Positions 43,117 through 52,341 of a DNA stretch of 64,000 nt are shown here, piece by piece (position 1 is the stretch's first letter; every line of letters starts with the position of its first letter). Origin of the DNA: a virus (Duplodnaviria > Caudoviricetes); IMG/VR virus record IMGVR_UViG_2895442618_000001, positions 26,636-90,635 of that record, one strand, 5' to 3'. The position numbers and the translations under genes were made by a program. Under the pieces are notes generated by a model. It did no database searches, was not told the DNA's origin, and was given only the letters and a program-made list of their open reading frames with translations.

Positions 43117-43676
43117 CGGCCCGCCCTCAGGTCAGGGCCCCCCAGGGCCACAGCGGTCGCGTTGTCGGCCAGACGGGATGCGATCCGCGGGCCAAGACGC
43201 TCGCCCAGTTCGGGCAGGTTCGTCGTGATGATGGTGGGTCGGCCGTTCGCCCATCGGGCGTCGATCACCGGCAGGAGCAGTTCGCGCTGCCACTCCTCCG
43301 CGCGAAACGTTCCGAAGTCGTCGAGGGCGAGCACGTCAACGTCGCGCATCTTCGCCAACCCCTCACGGTCAGCGGGGGGGCCGACGATTTCCTGCCACTC
43401 GGCCTGGCTGCGCATCGCGATCTCGCCCATGTATCCGGCCTTGAGGGTGCGCTCCATGACTTCCCATGTCGACCAGCTCTTTCCGGTGCCGGTCGGGCCG
43501 AGAAGGATCAGGTTGCCGGCGGTGTGGTCGAACAGGCGGCTGCCCCACTCGGCGATGTCGGGGTGCAGTTGGCCGGAGGTACGGAGGCGAACAGGCCGCC
43601 TGGCGTGGAAGTCCGCGACGCGCTTACGGCGCCGCTCTGCGTGCCACTCAGCCAGGCCGTTCGGGTCATCAGTCAT
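43113..43676 (-). CDS. DnaC/IstB-like ATPase (helicase loader)
   Basis: GPTGTGKS, LALDDFG, IITTNL. Confidence 0.85.
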   Translation of the reverse strand: MTDDPNGLAEWHAERRRKRVADFHARRPVRLRTSGQLHPDIAEWGSRLFDHTAGNLILLGPTGTGKSWSTWEVMERTLKAGYMGEIAMRSQAEWQEIVGPPADREGLAKMRDVDVLALDDFGTFRAEEWQRELLLPVIDARWANGRPTIITTNLPELGERLGPRIASRLADNATAVALGGPDLRAGR

Positions 43677-44587
43677 GAGGCGTTTCCAATCCCGAAGATC
43701 TTGGACAGGTCGGAGGTGTAGCCGTCACGAGGCGGCAACTGTGAGTTGGAGCCATTGCCCGGCGAGTCCCTGCCCTGGCCTCGCATCTGGCCGAGCACGT
43801 ACTGGATGCTGGCGCCGGAGATCGGCTTACCTTCGCGGCCGAGCCGATCGATGGCTCTGGCGAGGTTGTCGCGGCTGATGCCGTTGCCGAGCGCGCCGCG
43901 GAGCACCTGCCGGATCGCGATGAACTGCTGGGCGGTCTCGTAGCGCTCGAAGAACTTCGTGGTGAGGTCCTGCGCCTGGCGCTCACGCTCGTCGAGTTCG
44001 GCCTTGGTGGCTCTCTTGCGCTTTGGCTTCGAGGAGTCGCCGGAGGTGCTATCACGCGTACGCGCGTCTTTGTTCTCTCCCGTAGGGAGAGAACAACTCT
44101 CGGACGGTTCTACGGACGGTTTGTCGGAAGCAGGCTTCCGGCCTGTCTGCGCTGCGCTTCCGGCCGGACGCTCACTTCCGCCCGGAAGCCCACTTCCGGA
44201 CGCAGAACTGTCACCTGCGGATTCGTCCTGATCTGCGCCAGGCTTCCGGCCGGAAGCGTGATTCCGGCCGGAATCACGCTTCCGGCCAACCCGTTCTTTG
44301 CGACGCTCCATCGCCACGTCCCACACCACCGGGCGCTTGTTGGGCGCGAGATGGGCCACGAGACCTTGGTCCCCGCGCCGGATCAGCCCCAGCTCCTCCA
44401 GCATGGCCAGATCCGACCTGCACGACCGGTCAGACTTGCGGGCGTAGCCGGCCAGCGTCTGCTGATCCGGGTACGCCCCGCGGCCGAACTCGTCGGCATG
44501 GTTGGCGAGCCCCATGAGCACACCGAGAGCCTGAGCCGGTACGTCTGGAGCATCCTCCAGGGCCCACACCATCGCTTGCGTGCTCAT
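43673..44587 (-). CDS. Phage replication initiator with N-terminal HTH
   Basis: VLMGLANHAD...AYPDQQTLA...LEELGLI; upstream of loader and helicase; start could be further upstream. Confidence 0.8.
   Translation of the reverse strand: MSTQAMVWALEDAPDVPAQALGVLMGLANHADEFGRGAYPDQQTLAGYARKSDRSCRSDLAMLEELGLIRRGDQGLVAHLAPNKRPVVWDVAMERRKERVGRKRDSGRNHASGRKPGADQDESAGDSSASGSGLPGGSERPAGSAAQTGRKPASDKPSVEPSESCSLPTGENKDARTRDSTSGDSSKPKRKRATKAELDERERQAQDLTTKFFERYETAQQFIAIRQVLRGALGNGISRDNLARAIDRLGREGKPISGASIQYVLGQMRGQGRDSPGNGSNSQLPPRDGYTSDLSKIFGIGNAS
44126..44287. repeat. Iteron-like CTTCCG repeats and palindromes (putative origin)
   Basis: GCTTCCGGCC at 44134, 44156, 44242, 44278; palindromes at 44242-44257 and 44258-44277. 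Confidence 0.65.
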
Positions 44588-44706
44588 GTAGGTCGGCCAT
44601 CCATTCGTCGTCGCCAAGGGGTTCAGGGACTCATGCGGTAAGGCCGATCTTCGGAGTGACGCCACTTCAGTCCCCCTGATCACTCAGTTGTTCGAGTCCA
44701 ACAATA

Positions 44707-44767
44707 CCCCACATGATGATGTGGGGCCTACTTGAGATGTGGGCACATTGCAATGTGGGCCCCACAT
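44707..44767. promoter_or_regulatory. Operator-like ATGTGGG/CCCACAT cluster
   Basis: Five copies forming palindromes at 44707-44726 and 44753-44767, plus CACATTGCAATGTG. Confidence 0.65.
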
Positions 44768-44804
44768 GCTAAGGTGGCCACATCAGTGGTGTGATGATGG
44801 AGAG

Positions 44805-45134
44805 GTGAGCGACCCGATGGCCCCCCTCGATGCTGCCTATGCTGAGGTCCAGCGAGCCGAGAAACTCGCCGAAGAGATCGTCAACGGTGCGTGGCTCGAA
44901 TTCGGCCGCGCCATCAGAGAAGCCCGCGCAAGTGGCGTGAAGCAGGCGGACATCGCCCGTCACTTCGAGCGCGAGCCGGAACACATTCGCCGCATCCAGG
45001 AAGACGCCGACGTGGTCGACGGCATCAAGCCTCCGCCGGCACGCAAGACCAGGCCCGTCGCCCACGTCACACTTCGGGACCTCGAAGCGGCAGGCTTCCG
45101 CCTCACCGACTCGCCCGAGCCCTCCGACTCCTGA
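44805..45134 (+). CDS. Small HTH DNA-binding protein
   Basis: ARASGVKQADIARHFEREPEHIRRI; same pattern as 35820-36098. Confidence 0.7.
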   Translation: MSDPMAPLDAAYAEVQRAEKLAEEIVNGAWLEFGRAIREARASGVKQADIARHFEREPEHIRRIQEDADVVDGIKPPPARKTRPVAHVTLRDLEAAGFRLTDSPEPSDS

Positions 45135-45151
45135 GGTACGGAGAGACGCCC

Positions 45152-45331
45152 TCACGACGCCTCCCCAAGCCACGCCTCGACACGGGCACGCAACGGCTTC
45201 GACAGGTGCCCGTGCCGCATCCGGTTCAGGAACACGCCGCTGATCTGCAACTGGATCGCCACCCGCCACCAGGGCAGGCCGAGGGTACGGCGGCGTTCGT
45301 CGAGGGCGGCATGAAGCTGTTGAGGGGTCAC
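45152..45331 (-). CDS. Small HTH-like protein
   Basis: LDERRRTLGLPWWRVAIQLQISG. Confidence 0.55.
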   Translation of the reverse strand: MTPQQLHAALDERRRTLGLPWWRVAIQLQISGVFLNRMRHGHLSKPLRARVEAWLGEAS

Positions 45332-45828
45332 GACGCCTCCCGCTTGCCCTGCTCCCACGCCGCGACCTCCGAGAGCATGAGCCGGCGCCGTCCCGCGGCC
45401 TTCCCAGGACCGTCTTCTCGCCACTGGGTGAACAGCCCCAGAGCCGGGTCGTCGGCGGGCACCAGGGAGGCCAAGACGACCGCGAGGGCGCGCAACTCCA
45501 TCACGCCCATCGCGCCGATGATGTTGGCCACCTCGTCCGGGTCCTCGTCGTGGACGGCGGGGACGAGACGGCAGGCGGGCAGGATCATGTCGTCGGCCAG
45601 AGCATCCAGGTCGACGCCGTCGTCTACGACCGGGACGAGCGCGAGCCGCATCCCGAAGAGGGCGGCAACCTCCTCAACCGAGGCGAGTTTCCGGCTGCCG
45701 GGCGAGTTCTCGAAGAACGCGACCGCCTCGGGTGTCTTCCACAGGCGCCGGGCGAGCTCGGCCTGAGTCCAGCCGCGGTCCTCCCTGGCCTGCTTGAGGG
45801 CGGCGACGATCGGGTGGACGGGCTTCAC
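45328..45828 (-). CDS. XRE-family HTH protein
   Basis: LKQAREDRGWTQAELARRL. Confidence 0.75.
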   Translation of the reverse strand: MKPVHPIVAALKQAREDRGWTQAELARRLWKTPEAVAFFENSPGSRKLASVEEVAALFGMRLALVPVVDDGVDLDALADDMILPACRLVPAVHDEDPDEVANIIGAMGVMELRALAVVLASLVPADDPALGLFTQWREDGPGKAAGRRRLMLSEVAAWEQGKREAS

Positions 45829-46088
45829 GACCCCTCCAGCCCGAGCATCTGCAGGACCTCAGATACCGCCTCGTCGCCGGCGACAGTCCGGCGAACGAAC
45901 CGGAACACCAGATCGGCCTCCCACGGTTCGATCGGCTTGATCGCGCCGAGTCGGGAGGAGGAGACGGGAGACTTCAGCAGCGGCTTCCTGCCGGCGCGTC
46001 CGGCCTGCATCAGCCGGTCGTTCAGCTCGTGCTCGCGCTGCAGCAGCCATTCGGCGTCGTGGCCGCCCATCGCGGTGACGTAGCTCAT
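45825..46088 (-). CDS. Hypothetical protein
   Basis: ATG 46088, TGATG overlap with whiB-like gene. Confidence 0.55.
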   Translation of the reverse strand: MSYVTAMGGHDAEWLLQREHELNDRLMQAGRAGRKPLLKSPVSSSRLGAIKPIEPWEADLVFRFVRRTVAGDEAVSEVLQMLGLEGS

Positions 46089-46543
46089 CACGCCACCTCT
46101 GCGGCTTCGCGGCGCTGAGCGCGGGCCTTCCGGCCGGCCTCGCTGGCGCATTCCTTGCACGTCCGGTTGAGCCCGTCCGGCTGGCGGCGATCCTTCGGGA
46201 ACTCGATCGCCGACTTGGTGGTGCCGCAGGCCGGGCAGTGCTTGTCGTCGGGGAGCGGCACGTAGGCGCCGACAGTCTTCCGCTCGAACGCGGTCCGCTT
46301 CAGCCACGAGCGGCGCTTGGAACGCCTCTCCTCCTCCCCCAGTCCGCCCCAAACGCCCGAGTCGTCCTTGCGCTCGAACGCGGCCAGGAGGCAAGGGGTG
46401 CGCACCGAACAGCGGGCGCAGATGGCGGTTGCCACCTGCTCGCGCGCTTCCCGGTCAGGCTGCCGCTCGCCCTCGTGGCCGAAGAACAAGTACAGGTCCT
46501 CGCCGCGGCACGCGGCACGCTTCTCCCAGTTAGGCGTGGACAT
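46088..46543 (-). CDS. whiB: WhiB-family transcription factor with extra C-terminal Cys domain
   Basis: W..RAAC...FF...CARCSVRTPC...GVWGG; then HCPACG...TCKEC. Confidence 0.85.
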   Translation of the reverse strand: MSTPNWEKRAACRGEDLYLFFGHEGERQPDREAREQVATAICARCSVRTPCLLAAFERKDDSGVWGGLGEEERRSKRRSWLKRTAFERKTVGAYVPLPDDKHCPACGTTKSAIEFPKDRRQPDGLNRTCKECASEAGRKARAQRREAAEVA

Positions 46544-46766
46544 CAGAGTTCGCCTCCATTCGGTTTCGTTCGGGGTCGTTCGAGGGGGTTCCGTCTCGCT
46601 GCGAGACGGTCTGCGCGAGGAGATCTACTGCTGCGCGGGTGAGAGCGGCCTCCATCCGCATGTACGCCCGAACTACGGGGTGAACGGACTCGTCAGCGGC
46701 GGCGGCTTCGAGGCACGGGATGTGGGAGCGGAGACGCTCCACATCCCGAGCGAGGTGCGTGCTCAC
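46530..46766 (-). CDS. Hypothetical protein
   Basis: GTG 46766 overlapping methyltransferase stop. Confidence 0.5.
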   Translation of the reverse strand: MSTHLARDVERLRSHIPCLEAAAADESVHPVVRAYMRMEAALTRAAVDLLAQTVSQRDGTPSNDPERNRMEANSDVHA

Positions 46767-47659
46767 GCCGTCAACTCCGCAGCTGTGAAGAGAGCCGGGG
46801 TGGCGGCGTGCATCTCGGCCTCTTGGAGGTTCGTGACGCCGGCACGCCAGTACGAGCTCTTGAGTTCGCAGCCGATGAAGCGGCGGCCCGTCCGGACCGC
46901 GACGTAGCCCTCGGAGCCGATGCCGCCGAACGGCGACAGGACCAACTCGCCAGGGTTGGACCACAGCCGGACACACCGCTCGATCAAGTCCAACTGAAGG
47001 GGGCAAATGTGCCGCTCGTCCGCGCTGTCCTTCGCGACCGTGGTGTTGAGGGTGTTGGTCTCGCGGATGCCGTACCAGATGGGGCGCGCCCATGCGATCC
47101 ACTCGTCGTTGGTGACGTCCGTCTTGATCGGGACCGTGTTCTCGCCCGGCTTCTTGAACAGCAGCAGGTAGTCAGCGAGGGCGGGCCGGGTGCCGGACGA
47201 GTCGCGGTTCTTCGTCACGAACATCAGGGCGTGGCTCTTGGTGCGGATGGCCTGGGCCTGCGGATCCTTGTCGATGGTGATCTCGCCGAAGTAGATCCAG
47301 CCCTCTTCGACGTAGGCGCGGATCACCTCGCCGCGGAAGTCTTGAAGGCCGGTGTAGCCAGCAACGCCCTTGATGATGGGGACCTGGGCGACGTGCACGG
47401 CCGCCATCCGGCCGGGCGCCGTCGCCCGCAGGTTCTCCCGGATGATGTACCGGTAGTGCTCGAAGAACTCCGGCCAGTCGGCGCTGTTGCCGAGGTCGCG
47501 GGGCGAGTCGGAGTAGACGTACAGGGACGCGAACGGCGGCGAATACACCGACAGGTGCACGCTGCCCGTCTCAACCTCGGCGAGCCTCTCGCAGCTGTCG
47601 CCGAGCATGAACCGCCAGCCCGTGCCTGCGGCTTCGTCAGTGACATACAGGTCGCTCAT
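46763..47659 (-). CDS. Orphan DNA methyltransferase (N4-C/N6-A, beta-class)
   Basis: SPPF catalytic motif; HICPLQ, VLSPFGGIGSEG SAM-binding motif. Confidence 0.88.
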   Translation of the reverse strand: MSDLYVTDEAAGTGWRFMLGDSCERLAEVETGSVHLSVYSPPFASLYVYSDSPRDLGNSADWPEFFEHYRYIIRENLRATAPGRMAAVHVAQVPIIKGVAGYTGLQDFRGEVIRAYVEEGWIYFGEITIDKDPQAQAIRTKSHALMFVTKNRDSSGTRPALADYLLLFKKPGENTVPIKTDVTNDEWIAWARPIWYGIRETNTLNTTVAKDSADERHICPLQLDLIERCVRLWSNPGELVLSPFGGIGSEGYVAVRTGRRFIGCELKSSYWRAGVTNLQEAEMHAATPALFTAAELTA

Positions 47660-48960
47660 GCGGCACTCCACGTTCCGGCCGCGCGCATCCGCTCCACGAG
47701 GGCGGCCATCGTGGCGGCGGCCTCTCGCTCCTTGCGGGCGACGTTCGCGGCGATCTGAGATTCGAGTTCGGACACGACGATGTGGGCCGTGACCGGCCGG
47801 GTCTGGCCGTACCGGTAGCAGCGGCGAATCGCCTGGTAGTAGGACTCGTATGAGTCGGACAGGCCGACGAAGGCCATGCGGGCGCAGTGCTGCCAGTTCA
47901 ACCCGAAGGCCGCGATGGACGGCTTGGTGACCATGACGCGGATGTCGCCATCGGCGAAGCGGAGGAAGGCGTCAGCCTTCGCCTCGGGCGTCCACGAACC
48001 TTCGACGTTGACGGCGCCAGGCACGCGGCGGGCGATCTCTCGCGCCTCGTCGTTGAGCCCGCACCACACCACCCACGGCTCCGTTGGCTCGGCGTTGATG
48101 AGGTCCGCGGCTTTCTCGCAGCGGGCGGCTAGCGTCTGCTTGCGGACCTTGGCCCGCCCGCCCACGCCGCCCAGGTCGACGGCGAACAGTTGGCCCTCGG
48201 GCACCTCATCCACCGGCAGCCGGTGCGCCTGGATGTCCAAGCCGGGCAGGTCGTAACCGTCGTCGCTGCCGCCGATGTCCGAGGGACGGCGCAGGGCGAC
48301 CGCCCACGACGCCATCCACCGGAACATCGGCTCCCTGGCGTGACCCTTGAGCCGCCACCCGTCCGAGTCGTGCACGAAGTACGCGGCGAGCATCTCCGCG
48401 CGGGTGGTGACGCCCAAGAACTCGGCCTGATTGGTCAGCTCCTCGACATCGTTCGGCGCCGGCGTCGCCGTGCACGCGAGACGATGCTTGACCGGCTTGA
48501 AGTGCTGGATGAGCGCCGTACGGGTCTTGCCGTCCGACTGCTTCAGGATCGACGCCTCGTCCAACACCACCGCGTCCAGCGTGTCCGGATCGAACCGCTC
48601 GGCCATCTCGTAGTTCGTCACCCACACGCCCGGGCCGTCGGCGTCGGCGCCGCTGCGCACGTAGCGGGCATTCACGCCTACCTTGGCCGCTTCACGCACC
48701 GTCTGCCCGCACACCGCCAGGGGCGCCACGATCAGCGACCTCTCGCCGGACAAACGCGCCCACTCGACCTGTTGGACGGTCTTGCCCATGCCGGTGTCCT
48801 CCCACAGCGCGGCACGGCCGGTGCGGACACCCCAGGCGACGATCCGGCGCTGCCACTCGTGCAGCATCGGGTGGACATCGCTCGGCTCGGCGGGAAGGCC
48901 GACGGGCGTGATCGTGCGGCGCTTGCGGTCGATGAAGTCGGCGTACGACGGGCTAGGCAT
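47656..48960 (-). CDS. SF2 (SNF2-like) helicase
   Basis: DTGMGKT, LDEAS, TATPAPN, GLNWQ, QAIRRCYRYGQ. Confidence 0.88.
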   Translation of the reverse strand: MPSPSYADFIDRKRRTITPVGLPAEPSDVHPMLHEWQRRIVAWGVRTGRAALWEDTGMGKTVQQVEWARLSGERSLIVAPLAVCGQTVREAAKVGVNARYVRSGADADGPGVWVTNYEMAERFDPDTLDAVVLDEASILKQSDGKTRTALIQHFKPVKHRLACTATPAPNDVEELTNQAEFLGVTTRAEMLAAYFVHDSDGWRLKGHAREPMFRWMASWAVALRRPSDIGGSDDGYDLPGLDIQAHRLPVDEVPEGQLFAVDLGGVGGRAKVRKQTLAARCEKAADLINAEPTEPWVVWCGLNDEAREIARRVPGAVNVEGSWTPEAKADAFLRFADGDIRVMVTKPSIAAFGLNWQHCARMAFVGLSDSYESYYQAIRRCYRYGQTRPVTAHIVVSELESQIAANVARKEREAAATMAALVERMRAAGTWSAA

Positions 48961-49162
48961 CGGCCACCTCCGTGGGGTCAGGCGCCGGCACGATGTGGCG
49001 GGCCAGGAACGGCTTGTCCTCTTCGGGCACCACGTCGGGGGTGAGTCCGAGAGCGCGGGCACGCTGCCGGGTCAGGAGCCGCTGCCCGACGTCGCTGGGG
49101 ATGTCCGGGTCGGACAGGACTGCCCACACGTCGATCATGGGGTGGGAGGCGAAGTCAGACAT
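48953..49162 (-). CDS. Hypothetical protein
   Basis: 69 aa, coupled. Confidence 0.5.
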   Translation of the reverse strand: MSDFASHPMIDVWAVLSDPDIPSDVGQRLLTRQRARALGLTPDVVPEEDKPFLARHIVPAPDPTEVADA

Positions 49163-49445
49163 CGGACGCTCCTTCTGCCAGGAACGCCGCGATTGGGTCA
49201 GCCCACTCCTTCGGCAGCCGCTCCCGCATGGCCGCCAGGGTGGCCTTGGCGTCCGGGTAGCCGACGTTCAAGCACACGTCGGTGATGGAGGCGCGTTCGG
49301 CCACGCGGGTCAGATGGTTGCGAGCCCTGTCCCAGTCGCCCCGCTCCACGGCGTGCAGGGCGCGGCCGAGATGTTCGATGGCGGCGGCGAAGTGCTTCAC
49401 CACCTCCGTGGCGCGCTGGTTCGCGCTGGGGACCCTGGGATTCAT
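49155..49445 (-). CDS. Hypothetical protein
   Basis: 96 aa, coupled. Confidence 0.5.
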   Translation of the reverse strand: MNPRVPSANQRATEVVKHFAAAIEHLGRALHAVERGDWDRARNHLTRVAERASITDVCLNVGYPDAKATLAAMRERLPKEWADPIAAFLAEGASDV

Positions 49446-49798
49446 GCGGCTGACTCCTCAAGTACCTCGCCTGGGATGAGTTCGATCCGACACCCCAAGG
49501 CGGCGGCCCACTCCTCAAGCGCCTGGAGCGACACCCGGCGGGAGCCGTTCTCCACCCAGCCGACCGAGTACGGCGACGACCAGCCCAGCTGTTCGGCAAG
49601 CTCGGCCTCTGACAGCCCAGCGCGCTGGCGTGCCTGGGTCAGGCTGCGGCCCAACGGGGAGGCTTCCGCTCTGCGTGCCCGCCGGTTCGCGAGGTCGCGA
49701 CCGTGTGCTTCCATGCACGGCCCGCAGGCATGCTCGCCGCGGCGGCGGTGCCAGGCGTAGCCGCGCTGAGTGCCGTGCTCGACGTCCTCGGGACGCAT
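49442..49798 (-). CDS. XRE HTH protein with N-terminal His/Cys motif
   Basis: HGTQRGY..H...GEHACGPC, then ARQRAGLSEAELAEQLG...VENG. Confidence 0.75.
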   Translation of the reverse strand: MRPEDVEHGTQRGYAWHRRRGEHACGPCMEAHGRDLANRRARRAEASPLGRSLTQARQRAGLSEAELAEQLGWSSPYSVGWVENGSRRVSLQALEEWAAALGCRIELIPGEVLEESAA

Positions 49799-49963
49799 CG
49801 GCGGCCTTCCTCTGGTCACGTCTGCGGCCCTCCTTCCTCGGTCGTGGCGAACAGGTCGAACAGGGCTTCTGTCTGCGGGTCTTCGGCTCGGGCGTCGCAC
49901 ACCGGGAAGTGCTCCTCGGGTGTGGTCCCGTCAAGGCCGGCCTGCTGGCAGCAGGGGCGCAGG

Positions 49964-50131
49964 TCAGCCACGGCCGTCTCCGTCGATCACCGCGTACAGT
50001 GCGGGAGCGACTAGGAACAGGCCACCCAGGACGAGCACCCAGAACGCGGCACCCGGGTCGGTCTGGTTGACGAACCAGGCGACGGCCAGCACGCCGGCAG
50101 TGACGATCGCCAGGGCGATAACGCGGGCCAT
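49964..50131 (-). CDS. Small two-TM membrane protein
   Basis: MARVIALAIVTAGVLAVAWF...FWVLVLGGLFLVAP. Confidence 0.6.
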   Translation of the reverse strand: MARVIALAIVTAGVLAVAWFVNQTDPGAAFWVLVLGGLFLVAPALYAVIDGDGRG

Positions 50132-50454
50132 CAGCCCTCCTCTTCGGGGAACGCGTCGTGGACGTCCACGCCGAACTGGTCCCGGATCTGCGCGCGGGTG
50201 AGGGGGCGGCTGGCGGCGTCCTCGCGGAGGATCCGCTCCAGCCGGGTGCGCGGGTGGATGTCCCGCTCGTCGTCGGCGCGGTCGACCGTCCGGGCGGGGC
50301 GCTGGCGGGCGGGCAACCGGGTGGCCTTGGACGCCACCCACGCCACGCAGGCGGCGGCCAGGATGACCGCGATGACGACGCCGGCCAGCAGCCATCCGCG
50401 ACCGCCAGAGGACCCCACCCAGGCGATCCACGCTGCGAGGTTGTCGAGGCTCAC
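50131..50454 (-). CDS. Membrane protein
   Basis: WLLAGVVIAVILAAACVAWV TM segment. Confidence 0.6.
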   Translation of the reverse strand: MSLDNLAAWIAWVGSSGGRGWLLAGVVIAVILAAACVAWVASKATRLPARQRPARTVDRADDERDIHPRTRLERILREDAASRPLTRAQIRDQFGVDVHDAFPEEEG

Positions 50455-51215
50455 CGCGACACCGCCTGACGGAACGCTCCCAGTACGGCGGACACGGCAG
50501 ACGTCTCGACGCCTTCCAGGCCGGCCACGGCGGTCTTCAGGGCGTCCCAGTCGATGGCCAGGGCGGCCCGCGCGTCGCTTTGCAGGGCGGCCACGTGGTC
50601 CTTCAGGACGGACACCTGGCTGGCGAGGTCCGCGCGTTCGGCGTCGGACTCGGTCAACTCCTTGTCCAGGGCGTAGGCGTCAGAGTCGCGGGCGGCGGAA
50701 GCCAGACGGTCCCGCTCGGAGGTGAGGCGCTGGATGGTCAGCCAATCGCGCGCCTTCTCGAAGTGTCGATCGGTGAGCCCGTGGTCTCCGTCCACGTGGA
50801 CGATCAGGAACTCGCCCACGCCCGGGTGGGTCTTCAGGTACGCCTCGTCCGCGTCGTTGAGGTCGTCGTCGAACCAGACGAACGGGCGGCCCTTCACGTA
50901 CTCGGCGACGGCGGGCGTCTTCCAGAGCACGCCCGGCACGTCGTGCGCAGAGCCGAGCTCGATCACGGGCATCTCGGGCAGGCCCACCTTGGGGCCGATC
51001 TCCCGGTTGGCGTCGTGCTCCCACGTGGTGGCCCACGTCAGCTCAGCGCCCGTCTCTTCGGCGAGCTTCAGCAGCATCGGCCCATGTGACGGGTTGAGCA
51101 GTAGGCGGAAGCCCAACGCTCTGGTGGCGATCCACTCGGGGCCGGGTCGCTGGAGGGCGTTCAGGACGCCATCAACGTCCAGGAGCAGCAGTGGCGGCTC
51201 AGACATTGCCGTCAC
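50451..51215 (-). CDS. HAD-superfamily phosphatase (HAD_SAK-like) with coiled-coil tail
   Basis: LLLDVDGVLN, WATTW, WK, FVWFDDD. Confidence 0.8.
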   Translation of the reverse strand: MTAMSEPPLLLLDVDGVLNALQRPGPEWIATRALGFRLLLNPSHGPMLLKLAEETGAELTWATTWEHDANREIGPKVGLPEMPVIELGSAHDVPGVLWKTPAVAEYVKGRPFVWFDDDLNDADEAYLKTHPGVGEFLIVHVDGDHGLTDRHFEKARDWLTIQRLTSERDRLASAARDSDAYALDKELTESDAERADLASQVSVLKDHVAALQSDARAALAIDWDALKTAVAGLEGVETSAVSAVLGAFRQAVSR

Positions 51216-51633
51216 CGCCGCCCTGGTCTGCCTGAGCGGCCTCAGCGGCGGCGACGTACCGGTTCAGGACGTGCACGGCTTCCTCGTGCTCGACCTGGGA
51301 GAGCGCCTGACGGATCGTCCACTCGGCGGCGTCCAGGCGGGCCTTGAGGCGCGCCACCTCGTCACGCTGCTCCTGGTAGACCGTGACGCCCGTCTTGGTG
51401 ATCTCGCGCCGCTTCTTGAAGTCGGCCATGATCGCCTCAGCGTGCTGGCGGACGTTGTCCGGGACGGCGGCGAGCATCGTGTCCGCCAGCGGCTCCCGGA
51501 ACACGTCGGCCATCCCGGCCCCCCACAGCGACCAGTCGAGCAGTGACCAGAGCTCGCCGTGTGCGCACTCTGGGGCGCTCTCGCGGAACGCCTCCAGTTC
51601 TTCCATGGACATGGGGTTAGGCATTGGACGCAC
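51199..51633 (-). CDS. Hypothetical protein
   Basis: 144 aa, coupled. Confidence 0.55.
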   Translation of the reverse strand: MRPMPNPMSMEELEAFRESAPECAHGELWSLLDWSLWGAGMADVFREPLADTMLAAVPDNVRQHAEAIMADFKKRREITKTGVTVYQEQRDEVARLKARLDAAEWTIRQALSQVEHEEAVHVLNRYVAAAEAAQADQGGGDGNV

Positions 51634-51684
51634 CGCCCGTCTGAGCCTGAGCGGCCTCAGAGAGGTTCTCGGGGGTGATGTCGT

Positions 51685-52341
51685 TCATGACGCCGCCCCG
51701 GAGAACAGGTCAAGCTGGCCCGACGACTCGGCTTCCCCGTAGGGCTTCTGCGTCCAGATCAGTGCCGTGCTGACCTTGGCCCCCATGTCGGAAAAGGCGC
51801 CTCGTTCGCACGCTCGCGCCCTTCCGCATTCGTCGAGGAGGCCGCGCACCTTTTGTACGAGCTTGGAGCGGCCGGTCATCACGATGCGGGGAACCACCGC
51901 GCCGATGACGCCGTATGGCGCGAGCAGGTGCGGATGGTAGTAGCACGCCAGCACGTGTTCGGCCCATGCCTCGCGGCGGTCCGGCAGGGTGAACGGCGGG
52001 TTCATGATCACCAGATGGAAGGGCTGCCACGGACCATTGGTCGCCTGCCGTGTGACGTCAGCGAGGTACGACTCCAGGGTGGTCTGCACGACCTCGATGC
52101 CAGGCGTCGCGCGCAGTGCCGCAGCCCGCGTCTCGCTGGGCTCGACCGCAGTGATGTGCGCTTCGGGCAGGCGCTCCCGAATCGCGCGGACAAGGTGCCC
52201 CTCGCCTGCTGAAGGTTCGAGCACACGGACGCCATCACCGAGGGCGTGCCACGGCTCCATCAGCCAGTACACGAGATCGTCGGCGACCTCGGCCGGGGTA
52301 GGCCAGAAGGACATTTCGCGGTCTGAGGCTGAGACGTTCAT
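51685..52341 (-). CDS. Orphan amino-methyltransferase (NPPF type)
   Basis: WPTP, VLEPSAGEG, MNPPF. Confidence 0.8.
   Translation of the reverse strand: MNVSASDREMSFWPTPAEVADDLVYWLMEPWHALGDGVRVLEPSAGEGHLVRAIRERLPEAHITAVEPSETRAAALRATPGIEVVQTTLESYLADVTRQATNGPWQPFHLVIMNPPFTLPDRREAWAEHVLACYYHPHLLAPYGVIGAVVPRIVMTGRSKLVQKVRGLLDECGRARACERGAFSDMGAKVSTALIWTQKPYGEAESSGQLDLFSGAAS

Noticed and set aside
41803-43878. 691-aa plus-strand ORF
   Set aside because: Antisense to dnaB and the loader, which carry clear motifs.
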